Virus record (IMG/VR): IMGVR_UViG_3300037400_003633
Location: 22,560-86,559 of that record
Direction: 5' to 3' (one strand)
DNA length: 64,000 nt
Source of the DNA: a virus
Lineage: Duplodnaviria > Caudoviricetes
This document shows positions 25,886 through 35,067 of the stretch, in pieces. The position numbers and the translations under genes were made by a program. Within the stretch, counting starts at the first letter, position 1. Each line of letters starts with the position of its first letter. The notes below the pieces were generated by a model. That model was not told the origin of the DNA and searched no databases. It was given only the letters and a program-made list of their open reading frames with translations.

Positions 25886-26014
25886 AACCAGTTGAACCAA
25901 TAGCCAAATAGATTCGATTCTAAGACGTTTTAAGTGGTTTGGTGATAACTTATCAATCAAACACACTAACAAACCAATGTGAGGGAAACAAAGGGCAAAT
26001 TTCAGCCTTTAATA

Positions 26015-26059
26015 ATATATCTATTATATTGTTACTTCGTAACAACATAGTAGATATGT
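26015..26059. repeat. long imperfect palindrome, TTC loop
   Basis: ATATAT-CTATTATATTGTTAC-TTC-GTAACAACATAGTAG-ATATGT. Confidence 0.85.
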
Positions 26060-26097
26060 TATAAAGCCAAATTAGCCAAGGAAGGCACAAAAAATAC

Positions 26098-26168
26098 AGT
26101 TGTAAAGATTTTTTTATCAACCAAAACGCATATAACTATATAGAGGATTGAGCTGTAAAGAGTTTTTA
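26098..26168 (+). repeat. about 70-bp imperfect repeat, copy 2
   Basis: matches 22818-22885. Confidence 0.65.
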
Positions 26169-26498
26169 CTTTTCATTTATCACTGTATTGATTTGGCTTG
26201 CAGGACACAAACCAAACAAGCATTTTTTACGCATTACTGAAAACCTGTAAAATAGCCCATTTTGTAAACTCAGAGATTACAATTTTGCCTTATTATATAT
26301 TTTCAATGACTGAAAATAAAGAAAAATGCACTTTTTGCGAAAAAAAATCGTTTTTTTCTTGCAGGAATGAAAAATAATGCCTACCTTTGCATCGTCAATC
26401 AGACAAAAAGAGTTCTTTGAGTAGTTGACACAACAAGGTTTTAGTTAACGTAGCCTATCTGATAGGCTGCAAATATTCACTTTTAATTCATATACGAT

Positions 26499-27062
26499 AT
26501 GAAAACTACAAGCATTATCGCAAGTGAGTTCGTTAACGTGATGGACAACATCACGAGTTGCCAATTTTGCTCTTTGTCCTATACAACGGACATCGACCAC
26601 ATCAACAAAAAGTTGGCAGGTGGCAGGAGCAACACCTACTACGGCAGGGTTTCGTCATTGACTGACATTAGCGGTTTGCAGTTCAACGCAAATTACGAAA
26701 AGGCAGTCAACAATCGCTTGCCAAAGGGTGACGGAGAGGGTGAAAAGTTCGTGGCTGAAAGCCTACCTTGGGGAACGTGGTTAGTGCCTAACAAGTCTAT
26801 CACACACAAGGGCGCAACATATCTTCGCCTATATCAGACTAAGGCAACCAAAAAAGAGGTTACTTTCATTCTTGATGGAGCAGTCGTAACAGACCCTGCA
26901 ATCATTAAGGACATCAAGGCAGCGTTTAGACCTGCAAAGGAGAGCAACCGCCAAGCAGAGGCAGGTATTGAGGCTGACAACCAAGTTAAACCCTTCACGC
27001 TCAATGTAGCCGACATCCACCACATTGCAATCAACGGGCAAAAGTTGGTCATCATCCACTAA
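26499..27062 (+). CDS. hypothetical phage protein
   Basis: ORF track; own promoter 26358-26389, leader hairpin GTAGCCTATC/GATAGGCTGC, terminator 27076-27108. Confidence 0.8.
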   Translation: MKTTSIIASEFVNVMDNITSCQFCSLSYTTDIDHINKKLAGGRSNTYYGRVSSLTDISGLQFNANYEKAVNNRLPKGDGEGEKFVAESLPWGTWLVPNKSITHKGATYLRLYQTKATKKEVTFILDGAVVTDPAIIKDIKAAFRPAKESNRQAEAGIEADNQVKPFTLNVADIHHIAINGQKLVIIH

Positions 27063-27075
27063 CCCAACTCACTGA

Positions 27076-27108
27076 AAAGGCGCATCCAAAAGGGTGCGCT
27101 TTTTTTTT
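27076..27108 (+). terminator. intrinsic terminator
   Basis: AAAAGGCGCATCC-AAAA-GGGTGCGC + T-run. Confidence 0.75.
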
Positions 27109-27367
27109 GTCCTTTGGCTTGCTGGCATCACCAGGACACCAGCGACCTGGCAACACACAAATACAAACATACATTAACACAATATCAATACTTTCAATTT
27201 AAGGCTATTTTTAAGCCCGTAGGACGCATTTTATGGCATAGGTGGATAACTTATACCTTTGGCTACCTAAAACACGCTTAGAAACGCTAAAATTAAACCC
27301 TAATAAACTGACTACCAATAAGATAGAATAAAAATTTTTTACAAGATAATATTATTGTCGAAATACT

Positions 27368-27420
27368 TAATAGATAACTATTATATTGTTACGAAGTAAC
27401 AACATAGTAGTTATGTATTA
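27368..27420. repeat. long imperfect palindrome, GAA loop
   Basis: TAATAGATAA-CTATTATATTGTTAC-GAA-GTAACAACATAGTAG-TTATGTATTA. Confidence 0.85.
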
Positions 27421-27451
27421 AATTATAATAGTGTAGGTAAAAAGTATTGAC

Positions 27452-27502
27452 AGGTGGTGGGGACACCCCCCCCCTATGTGACCCCCGTCCCCGTCCCCCA
27501 CT
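27452..27502. other. G/C-run island at the boundary between the early region and the AT-richer region
   Basis: GGTGGTGGGGACACCCCCCCCTATGTGACCCCCGTCCCCGTCCCCCAC. Confidence 0.5.
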
Positions 27503-27679
27503 TTTTGAACACATATGGTGGCAACAGTTCTTTAAATAAAATTTTGGGAAAAAAATTGGCAAAATTTTAAAAATAGTTATTGAAAACTATTGTTTTTCAT
27601 TGAAACAATATTATATTTTATTACAGTAAAATATTTATTAGTATATCAATTACCACAGAATAAAAAATTCCAGAAAAAC

Positions 27680-29548
27680 ATGAAAGAATATAAAATTTAT
27701 ATTTATGAGTTTCTAAATCAATATTGTTACATTGGTTTGACCAACAATCCTTCAAGGCGTGATGGTGAGCATCGCATAAAGGGTAGTGTGTTTCAGCATT
27801 CTCAAATTTTTGAAGAAGAGATTCCAGAAATGAAAATATTAGAGGAGGGTCTTGATGAATATGAGGCTCAGAAGAGTGAAGAGAACTGGTGTAAATATTA
27901 TGTTGATAATGGATGGACATTGATAAACAAAGCCAAGATGGGTTTGTTTGTTTCTTCATTGGGCGGCAAAGTTATTGAATCATCTAGATGTATTTCTTCA
28001 AGCACTTCAAACGATTTAGAAATAAATTACAAAGTTTGTTTGGAAGAGGCTAAGAAATATGATTATTTATCAGATTTTCGAAAATTCTCGAACAAGTATT
28101 ATACAATGTCTCGTAAATATGGGTGGGATTACGAATGGTTAGAAAAGACTAAACCAATTAATCATGGCACGAAAGAATTATCTTTTGGTGAAATACAGGA
28201 GATTGCATCAAGATACGGGACGAGAAGTGAATTTAGTTTAAATAATCACACTTTATATATGAAATGTTTATCTGATGGTAGTATAGATGAATTATTTCCT
28301 AGAGAAAATAAAACAAGGATTAAAGATTCTGGTTTATACAGTGATGAAGAATTAATGGCGGTTATGTTATCATATAGAACAAAGACTGAATTTTTTAAAG
28401 CTAAGAGTAAGTTGTATAATCTCTGTCGTTTACGTGGTTTATTAGATAAATTTCCCAAAAGGACTAACATTTCTACTGATTGTGGTTCATTGGAAAAAAT
28501 TGGCATCAAAGATTTCTTTCTTAATAATAAAAACATAGTGACTAGTTCCAAATATGGTAAAAAATACATTTTTAACAAAGATGATATGTCTTTATATCAT
28601 GAATATAAGACAATGGTAGCCAAAGTAAGAAAAAAATATGATAAGTATGGTATTTTATGTTATAAAATTGATACGAGTTACGTATGCATTTTTGATATTA
28701 TTAATGAATTTATTTATGGTGGTAAATACAATATTTACAAATTTATTGATGGTGATTTTTCCAGTATTAACTTAGAGAACATTGATAAAGGCATTATTGA
28801 TTTGGATAAATTTTCAAAAATGTCTGAATTGGATACTTTTTTGATAAATGAGCACGGGGAGATTTATTCTACCAGGCATAAAATGATAATGCCGTGTAAC
28901 ATTTTAAATGGTGTTCCATATTTCTGTGGGTTTAAGATAGATAGACTTGTAATCAAATATTTTCACCCAAATTACAGTAATTTAAAGAAATTTGATATAA
29001 TACACAAAGATGGCAATTTATCAAATAATGATATTACCAATTTAGATATTCAGTTATCGGATAGTGGTAGAGGTGTATATAAAAAAAATTTTTTAATTGT
29101 CAAAAACATTGGTGAGACAAATGAGATTTATATTAAAGACTTTAAGAACGACAAAGAATATTTTTTAGGGCTGATAAAAAATGAAAAAGTGATTGATGCT
29201 ATTAGAAGTGAAATTATTGAATATATTTCTAAATTTACAGAAATTAGTGATTGGGTTGGTTCATACCAAGGATTAGAATTTAAGAAGTGGCAAGAAAAGG
29301 ATAAAAAAATAAATATGATATCTATTAGGGTAAATAGTAATGGATGTTATTACTCAGAAGTTCATAAATTATGGAAAAGTAAAATTTATTATAAAGAAAA
29401 GGAATATAGTTTAGGCTATTTTCACACATTTGAAGCTGGAAAGGTTTTATATGAAGAGGCTGTTATGTATATCAAGTATAACAGATTTGAGAAGTGGTAT
29501 AGTAATATAGAATCTCACAGAGAGAGGGTAAAATCTTATTTTGAATGA
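27680..29548 (+). CDS. GIY-YIG homing endonuclease-like multidomain protein (GIY-YIG, helical repeats, HNH-like, AP2-like)
   Basis: YIYEF...YIGLTNNPSRRDGEH; repeated Y.T..EF.......Y units; IIHKDGNLSNNDITNL; WKSKIYYKEKEYSLGYF; start corrected to ATG 27680. Confidence 0.7.
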   Translation: MKEYKIYIYEFLNQYCYIGLTNNPSRRDGEHRIKGSVFQHSQIFEEEIPEMKILEEGLDEYEAQKSEENWCKYYVDNGWTLINKAKMGLFVSSLGGKVIESSRCISSSTSNDLEINYKVCLEEAKKYDYLSDFRKFSNKYYTMSRKYGWDYEWLEKTKPINHGTKELSFGEIQEIASRYGTRSEFSLNNHTLYMKCLSDGSIDELFPRENKTRIKDSGLYSDEELMAVMLSYRTKTEFFKAKSKLYNLCRLRGLLDKFPKRTNISTDCGSLEKIGIKDFFLNNKNIVTSSKYGKKYIFNKDDMSLYHEYKTMVAKVRKKYDKYGILCYKIDTSYVCIFDIINEFIYGGKYNIYKFIDGDFSSINLENIDKGIIDLDKFSKMSELDTFLINEHGEIYSTRHKMIMPCNILNGVPYFCGFKIDRLVIKYFHPNYSNLKKFDIIHKDGNLSNNDITNLDIQLSDSGRGVYKKNFLIVKNIGETNEIYIKDFKNDKEYFLGLIKNEKVIDAIRSEIIEYISKFTEISDWVGSYQGLEFKKWQEKDKKINMISIRVNSNGCYYSEVHKLWKSKIYYKEKEYSLGYFHTFEAGKVLYEEAVMYIKYNRFEKWYSNIESHRERVKSYFE

Positions 29549-29594
29549 AATTTCTGTAGATGGGTTATTATTTATATACATAATATATTATGGT

Positions 29595-30428
29595 ATGATA
29601 TTAAACATTAGAGAAAACAATACCAGGAAGGTATATATCAGTGAAAGTCAGTGTCGTCTGTTGAGGAGGTGTTCCCTTATGTTGAGAGATAATATTGATA
29701 AAATAATAAGTGAGAGTATATCCAGTGTTGTAGAGGGTTTGAATCTTGACCCATTGTATGGTGATGTTAGTCTTGATGCCAGTCATCAGGATTACGTTGA
29801 CACCAATGATGCTTGGAGTCCTCATCCTTTTTACAGCAGGGTTGGTGGTTACAAGGTGATATCCATATTCAGGAACAAGTGGAATCACAATCCACTCATA
29901 TGGGCATTGAAGGGCAAGAAGTGGCGTTTCAAGAATCCTAGGGAGGATGTTATGTTTCTCTTGAGGCGTTTTGTTGCTGTTACCAAGGAATTGAATGAGA
30001 GGTTTGATGTGATTATCACCACTCCTTCATCCAGTGAGTTGAACAACAGGGTATTGGGTATTATTGAGAGGTTGATACCTCACAAGTATTCTTTCAAGGA
30101 GTTTTTCAGGAAGAGGGAGGCTTCTGAGGTGTATAACGCATTGCCTGAGAATGTTAAGATTAATTTGCGCCCATATTTTGAGGAAATGATGAGGAATGGT
30201 AATTTATTCTCGTACAAATATATTCCAATTGGATATAGGGGGTTAATTGGTCAGACTATCAAGGTATCTGATATTTCTCTTGGGAATAAGATAAACGGCA
30301 TGAGGGTATTAATATTGGATGACACAGTTACTACTGGCAAGACTATCACTGATTCTGCGAAAGCGTTATTGGATACGTTTGTACCAAAGAGTGTGACGTT
30401 TCTAACGTTAATGGCCCCAGAGAAATAA
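29595..30428 (+). CDS. type I phosphoribosyltransferase-fold protein with N-terminal head-protein-like motif
   Basis: PRPP-binding loop VLILDDTVTTGKT; IITTPSSS; start probably ATG 29595. Confidence 0.75.
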   Translation: MILNIRENNTRKVYISESQCRLLRRCSLMLRDNIDKIISESISSVVEGLNLDPLYGDVSLDASHQDYVDTNDAWSPHPFYSRVGGYKVISIFRNKWNHNPLIWALKGKKWRFKNPREDVMFLLRRFVAVTKELNERFDVIITTPSSSELNNRVLGIIERLIPHKYSFKEFFRKREASEVYNALPENVKINLRPYFEEMMRNGNLFSYKYIPIGYRGLIGQTIKVSDISLGNKINGMRVLILDDTVTTGKTITDSAKALLDTFVPKSVTFLTLMAPEK

Positions 30429-30455
30429 AGAAGAAAAAAAAAAAGAAGAAAGCAT

Positions 30456-30695
30456 ATGATATCTGAATCAAAGTTGAACAGCATTGTGGAGTGTGTTATA
30501 AATGAGGTATTGAATAACACAATTCAGCTTCAGTATATTAATGGTATATATTATCCTATTGATTTCATAAGTAAGAAGATATTGGAACGTGAATTGAGTA
30601 GGGATAGGATAATTGAGAGGGATTTCGACATTGTATCTCCAGTATTGGTAAAGAGGGGATACAAGATGGCTATATCTGGATATGAAAATGGGTGA
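30456..30695 (+). CDS. small protein with ISESKLNSIVECVINEVL motif
   Basis: ORF track. Confidence 0.7.
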   Translation: MISESKLNSIVECVINEVLNNTIQLQYINGIYYPIDFISKKILERELSRDRIIERDFDIVSPVLVKRGYKMAISGYENG

Positions 30696-30758
30696 ATTTT
30701 GGTTAATTCCCCCATTTATTTTTTACATTATATAAATACTTATATATAAATTTTGACT

Positions 30759-33700
30759 ATGATTTATATTAAATTATTTGAAACTCATAATGAGTATGAG
30801 TCTTATGTTGAAAGTGGGTTAACAAGACCAAATCTATCAGTATGTAAAGACATACCAAAAGAGGTACATTATAATCCACGAAGGTGTGAAGAAACGACTT
30901 CATATGAAATAATTGGAGAGCCATCATACCCATCGACTGTTTTAGCTACTGCGACATCTTTTGTAATCAGTTTTGAGTATAAAAGGACTGACATCAATTA
31001 CAGATGCATTAAATCTGTGACTCAAGGCAGTGATTCTGTTGAAGTCATTATAACGGAAAATCCTTCAACTGAAGAAAGGGTTGTCAGTGGAAATTGTAAT
31101 TATCATGGTTTATCAATACCATATAGTGTTACTCAAGAAGGGTTATCTTATTCAGAAAGTTATTTGACATTTGATGTATTAACTTCAGGAACTATAAATT
31201 GGGTATCACAAAGTGGCGTAACTAAGACCATTTCATACAGTAAAGATTATGGTGAAACTTGGGTTGAAATAACGTCATCAGCAGATGGGTCTGCCATTAA
31301 TGTGAATGCTGGTGACAAATTATTGATTAAGGGTAACAATGACCAATATTCTATCGCTAAAGATGCTGGTTCTCGTTTTAGCGGGGATACTGCAAGATAT
31401 GACGTATATGGTAATATAATGTCTCTTATTGGTGGTGATAATTTTAAGAGTCTCAAGTCATTCAACGGAAAAACATGGGTATTTCATAACTTATTCAACG
31501 GTTCTGGTATAAAGTCAGCAGAGAATTTAATATTGCCAGTAACTGAATTGACTGAATGTTGTTATCGTGCTATGTTTGCTGGTCTTTCAAATAATACTGG
31601 TGATAAGATATTAACTAAAGCTCCAAAAATTATTCCAGCAACTACAATGGCAGTAAGTGCATGTTGCTACATGTTCCAAAATACGCTTATAACAGTTGCA
31701 CCTGAACTTCCATGTAATGTATTGGCAGATTATTGTTATTACAGGATGTTTTTCACTTCAAGTATAAATTACTTGAAATGTTTAGCAACAGATATTTCTG
31801 CGACTCAGTGTACATATGAATGGTGTAGAACAGTACCAAAAACAGGTACATTCATTAAGCATCCATCAATGAATGATTGGGCAATAAACGATAAAAGTGG
31901 AATCCCACCAACTGATTGGACTGTAATAGACGATGTTTATGAAAAGTCAAACAGAAGCCTTAACACCTGGACATATGACAATAATGAAATTGAAGTGCCG
32001 TATTCCATCAATGCAGTAGACGGTCATTCAGCAAGTTATGCAAAGGGTACATTTGATTTTGAAACAAGTGTTAACCTTGATGAGTCTCAGCCAACTTATT
32101 TATGGTTTCAGCATGCAGACCAAACAGCAGACATCTATGTGGATGATACGAAGGTAGAAACCCACTGGGGAGGATACAATGCATTTTTTACTGACATATC
32201 AAATCATGTTCATAGTGGTACTAACGAAATAAGAGTTTCATTGTGTAATACAACAAGAAATACACTTGCTCCAGCATCTGGTGATTTCAATTTCAATGCT
32301 ACGTTGGGTAAGGTTAAACTATTAACAAGTCCTGTATTACCATCAATGAATTATGGCTATGATGGATTCCACATCACATCAACTGTATCTTCAGCGTCTG
32401 CGACAATCAATGTTAAGACAAGCATACCAACAGGTGCAACTGTTGTGTGTAGTATCAGTGGCACTAACTGTAATTACAGTGAAACTAGTGCAAGCACTGG
32501 TTCTGAAATGATATTCACGACAACTATTGCAAATCCTCATCTTTGGAATGGTACAATTGACCCATATTTGTATATTGTAAAACTTGATGTATATTATAAT
32601 GATGAATTATATCATAGTTACACAAGACCTTATGGATTGAGATTCTATGAATATGTAATAAATGATACTGTAAAATATGGTACGGTATCTAATCCTTACA
32701 CAGGTTTCTTGCTTAATGGACAGCCATATCTATTGAGAGGTGTTTGTATGCATGATGACGTTGAAGGAAGGGCAAATGCATTGTTGGATAGTGACTACGT
32801 ACAAGAGTTCAATATAATTCAAGAACTTGGATGTAATTTCTTACGTCTTGCTCACTATCCTCATCCAAAGGAGGTATATGACAAGTGTGACGAATTAGGT
32901 ATAGTTGTACAGACTGAAGTACCTTGTGTTGATAAACTACAAATGTCATTACCATCTGATTACTATGAGCACTTGAACGTACAATATGCAGATATGGTTA
33001 ATCAGCATTATAACCACCCATGTATTATGTTCTGGGGACTAGGCAATGAGGCTAAAATTACTGATAGTGACGAAGGTAGGGAGTTTGCCAAAACCAAGCT
33101 TGAAGGTTATACAGCATTAATAAAAAATCTTGATTCAGAACGTTTGGTTGGTATTGTTGCACACGCCCTTATTGACCCAAGTTCATATTTCGGAAATCCA
33201 GATATTGATTGGTTCGGATGCAACCATTATGTTGGATGGTATCAAAGTAGAACATCAAGAAATCCTTCATCTGTTATAAACCGTTGCCTATCAAGTACAA
33301 CTACAGAGTTAGGAAAAGCATTTGCATTATCAGAATATGGAGCTGGTGGCACACAAAATTGTCATTCTGAAACACCAAGTGATACAACTGATAAAGCATC
33401 AGCTGGAGCTAGACATGATATAGAATATCAAATGTGGATACATGAAGGACATATTGCTGCAATTAGAAATTATCCACAACTTATATTTACATCATTATGG
33501 CAATTATTCGATATTGCAGTGTCTTCCAGGGATGAAGGATATACTATATGTATAGACGGAGAAAATACATATATTGACGACAATTTGAGATACATAAATG
33601 ACAAAGGTATTGTGGAAAGAGACCACACAACCAAAAAAGATACATTCTATTTGTATAAGGCTGAGTGGAATACTGTTGATACATTTGTACACATTTGCGG

Positions 33701-34997
33701 AAAAAGTTTCTCAAAGACAACAAATAGGGTAATAAAATGTTATACAAATGAAAGTGGTACGTTTACGCTGAAAGTAAACAATAACGTAGTAGCCACAGCA
33801 ACATCATCAAATCATATTGTAACGTTTGCAGCACAGAATTTCAATAATGGTGATGTAATAGTAGTTGAAGGAAATACTACATCTGACACATTTACATTTA
33901 TTTGTTCTCCAACAAGTACATATGAAATAGTAGGAACTCCTTCATACCCAAGTACAATTGAAGGTGATGATGTATCATTTGATATAACAGTTAATTACAG
34001 AAGGAGTGATACGGATTCAGCTTGTACAGAAACTGTAACAACTGGAACTGATATAATAACTGTTGAATGTGGTGAAAACCCAAGTACTACTGATAGTAGG
34101 GCTATAAGTGGTACTGTTGATTATCACGGTAACACCATTGAATATGATGTGACACAAGATGTTGGTGGCTTCAAGTTTAGAGGGGTATATGATGATAGTT
34201 CAATAAATAAAGTAGCCTGTGACAATAACCCAACATTAACATCAGGAGAAACAAAGCCTAACGGATACACAGCATCTGCAATGACATCGGCAGAAATAGG
34301 AAATTGTGTAACAACAATAGGAGCTGATACGTTCAGAGATTGTAGCGGATTAACAAGTGTAACAATACCAACAAGCGTTACAAGCATCGGAGATAATGCT
34401 ATAAGAAGTTGCACATCATTAAAATCTGTAACAATTCCAGGAAGTGTAACAAGTATAGGTTCAGCTGCATTCCGTTTCTCTACAGGGCTTACAAGCATAA
34501 GCATACCTGACAGTGTAACAAGTATCGGTAACGAAGCTTTCAGCTACTGTTATAGCCTTAAAAACACAACAATAGGTAGCGGTATAACAACTATCAGTGA
34601 AAGTGCATTCTATAATTGTAGAAAACTTGCAAGTATAACAATTCCAAGCAATGTTACAAGTATCAGTGATAATGCGTTCAGAGATTGTAGCGTATTAACA
34701 AGTGTAACAATACCAACAAGTGTTACAAGCATCGGAGATAGGGCATTCTATAATTGTAAAGCACTTACAAGTATTACAATCCCTGATAGTGTTACAAGTA
34801 TTGGTGGTAGTGCTTTCAATACTTGCAGTGCTCTCACAAGCGTGACAGTTAATGCTGTAACACCTCCAACACTTGGAACTTCAGTATTCAACACAACCAA
34901 TGACTGCCCAATATATGTTCCGAGTGGTAGTGTAAGTGCATATAAGTCAGCAACCAATTGGAGCAATTATGCAAGTAGAATACAAGCAATACCTTAA
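30759..34997 (+). CDS. putative tail/fibre-associated protein: BACON-like, LRR-like repeats, glycoside hydrolase family 2, BACON-like, BspA-type LRR
   Basis: GH2 motifs LRGVCMHDD, FLRLAHYPH, CDELGIVV, NHPCIMFWGLGNE, LSEYGAG; duplicated ENPST..R..SG..YHG..I.Y.VTQ module; TIP.SVTSIG..AF..C repeats. Confidence 0.85.
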   Translation: MIYIKLFETHNEYESYVESGLTRPNLSVCKDIPKEVHYNPRRCEETTSYEIIGEPSYPSTVLATATSFVISFEYKRTDINYRCIKSVTQGSDSVEVIITENPSTEERVVSGNCNYHGLSIPYSVTQEGLSYSESYLTFDVLTSGTINWVSQSGVTKTISYSKDYGETWVEITSSADGSAINVNAGDKLLIKGNNDQYSIAKDAGSRFSGDTARYDVYGNIMSLIGGDNFKSLKSFNGKTWVFHNLFNGSGIKSAENLILPVTELTECCYRAMFAGLSNNTGDKILTKAPKIIPATTMAVSACCYMFQNTLITVAPELPCNVLADYCYYRMFFTSSINYLKCLATDISATQCTYEWCRTVPKTGTFIKHPSMNDWAINDKSGIPPTDWTVIDDVYEKSNRSLNTWTYDNNEIEVPYSINAVDGHSASYAKGTFDFETSVNLDESQPTYLWFQHADQTADIYVDDTKVETHWGGYNAFFTDISNHVHSGTNEIRVSLCNTTRNTLAPASGDFNFNATLGKVKLLTSPVLPSMNYGYDGFHITSTVSSASATINVKTSIPTGATVVCSISGTNCNYSETSASTGSEMIFTTTIANPHLWNGTIDPYLYIVKLDVYYNDELYHSYTRPYGLRFYEYVINDTVKYGTVSNPYTGFLLNGQPYLLRGVCMHDDVEGRANALLDSDYVQEFNIIQELGCNFLRLAHYPHPKEVYDKCDELGIVVQTEVPCVDKLQMSLPSDYYEHLNVQYADMVNQHYNHPCIMFWGLGNEAKITDSDEGREFAKTKLEGYTALIKNLDSERLVGIVAHALIDPSSYFGNPDIDWFGCNHYVGWYQSRTSRNPSSVINRCLSSTTTELGKAFALSEYGAGGTQNCHSETPSDTTDKASAGARHDIEYQMWIHEGHIAAIRNYPQLIFTSLWQLFDIAVSSRDEGYTICIDGENTYIDDNLRYINDKGIVERDHTTKKDTFYLYKAEWNTVDTFVHICGKSFSKTTNRVIKCYTNESGTFTLKVNNNVVATATSSNHIVTFAAQNFNNGDVIVVEGNTTSDTFTFICSPTSTYEIVGTPSYPSTIEGDDVSFDITVNYRRSDTDSACTETVTTGTDIITVECGENPSTTDSRAISGTVDYHGNTIEYDVTQDVGGFKFRGVYDDSSINKVACDNNPTLTSGETKPNGYTASAMTSAEIGNCVTTIGADTFRDCSGLTSVTIPTSVTSIGDNAIRSCTSLKSVTIPGSVTSIGSAAFRFSTGLTSISIPDSVTSIGNEAFSYCYSLKNTTIGSGITTISESAFYNCRKLASITIPSNVTSISDNAFRDCSVLTSVTIPTSVTSIGDRAFYNCKALTSITIPDSVTSIGGSAFNTCSALTSVTVNAVTPPTLGTSVFNTTNDCPIYVPSGSVSAYKSATNWSNYASRIQAIP

Positions 34998-35014
34998 GTA
35001 ATGTATTGTTAAAA

Positions 35015-35050
35015 AAGAAAGGAGACTGGTCATAGGTCTCCTTTTCTTAT
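35015..35050. terminator. bidirectional terminator between convergent genes
   Basis: A-run-GGAGACT-GGTCAT-AGGTCTCC-T-run. Confidence 0.65.
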
Positions 35051-35067
35051 TTTGTTAGTGAAAAATA

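Larger units (their letters stand above)
472..26389 (+). promoter_or_regulatory. array of about 27 Bacteroidota sigmaA-type promoters (TTTG/CTTG -33, TAnnTTTG -7)
   Basis: -7 boxes read at 496, 1724, 3408, 4345, 5445, 6120, 6541, 7383, 7985, 8735, 9095, 9940, 11016, 11883, 12400, 12829, 13816, 14971, 16087, 17046, 18066, 18616, 19459, 21410, 23026, 24667, 26382; a -33 box 19-21 nt upstream in all but 18066; usually followed by GCAnCGTCAAACAATAAAAC. Confidence 0.9.

Noticed and set aside
34328-34745. DGR template/variable repeat pair in the BspA LRR region
   Set aside because: The two ~65-bp near-identical segments are both in frame within the LRR array, their differences are not confined to adenines, and no reverse transcriptase lies in the window
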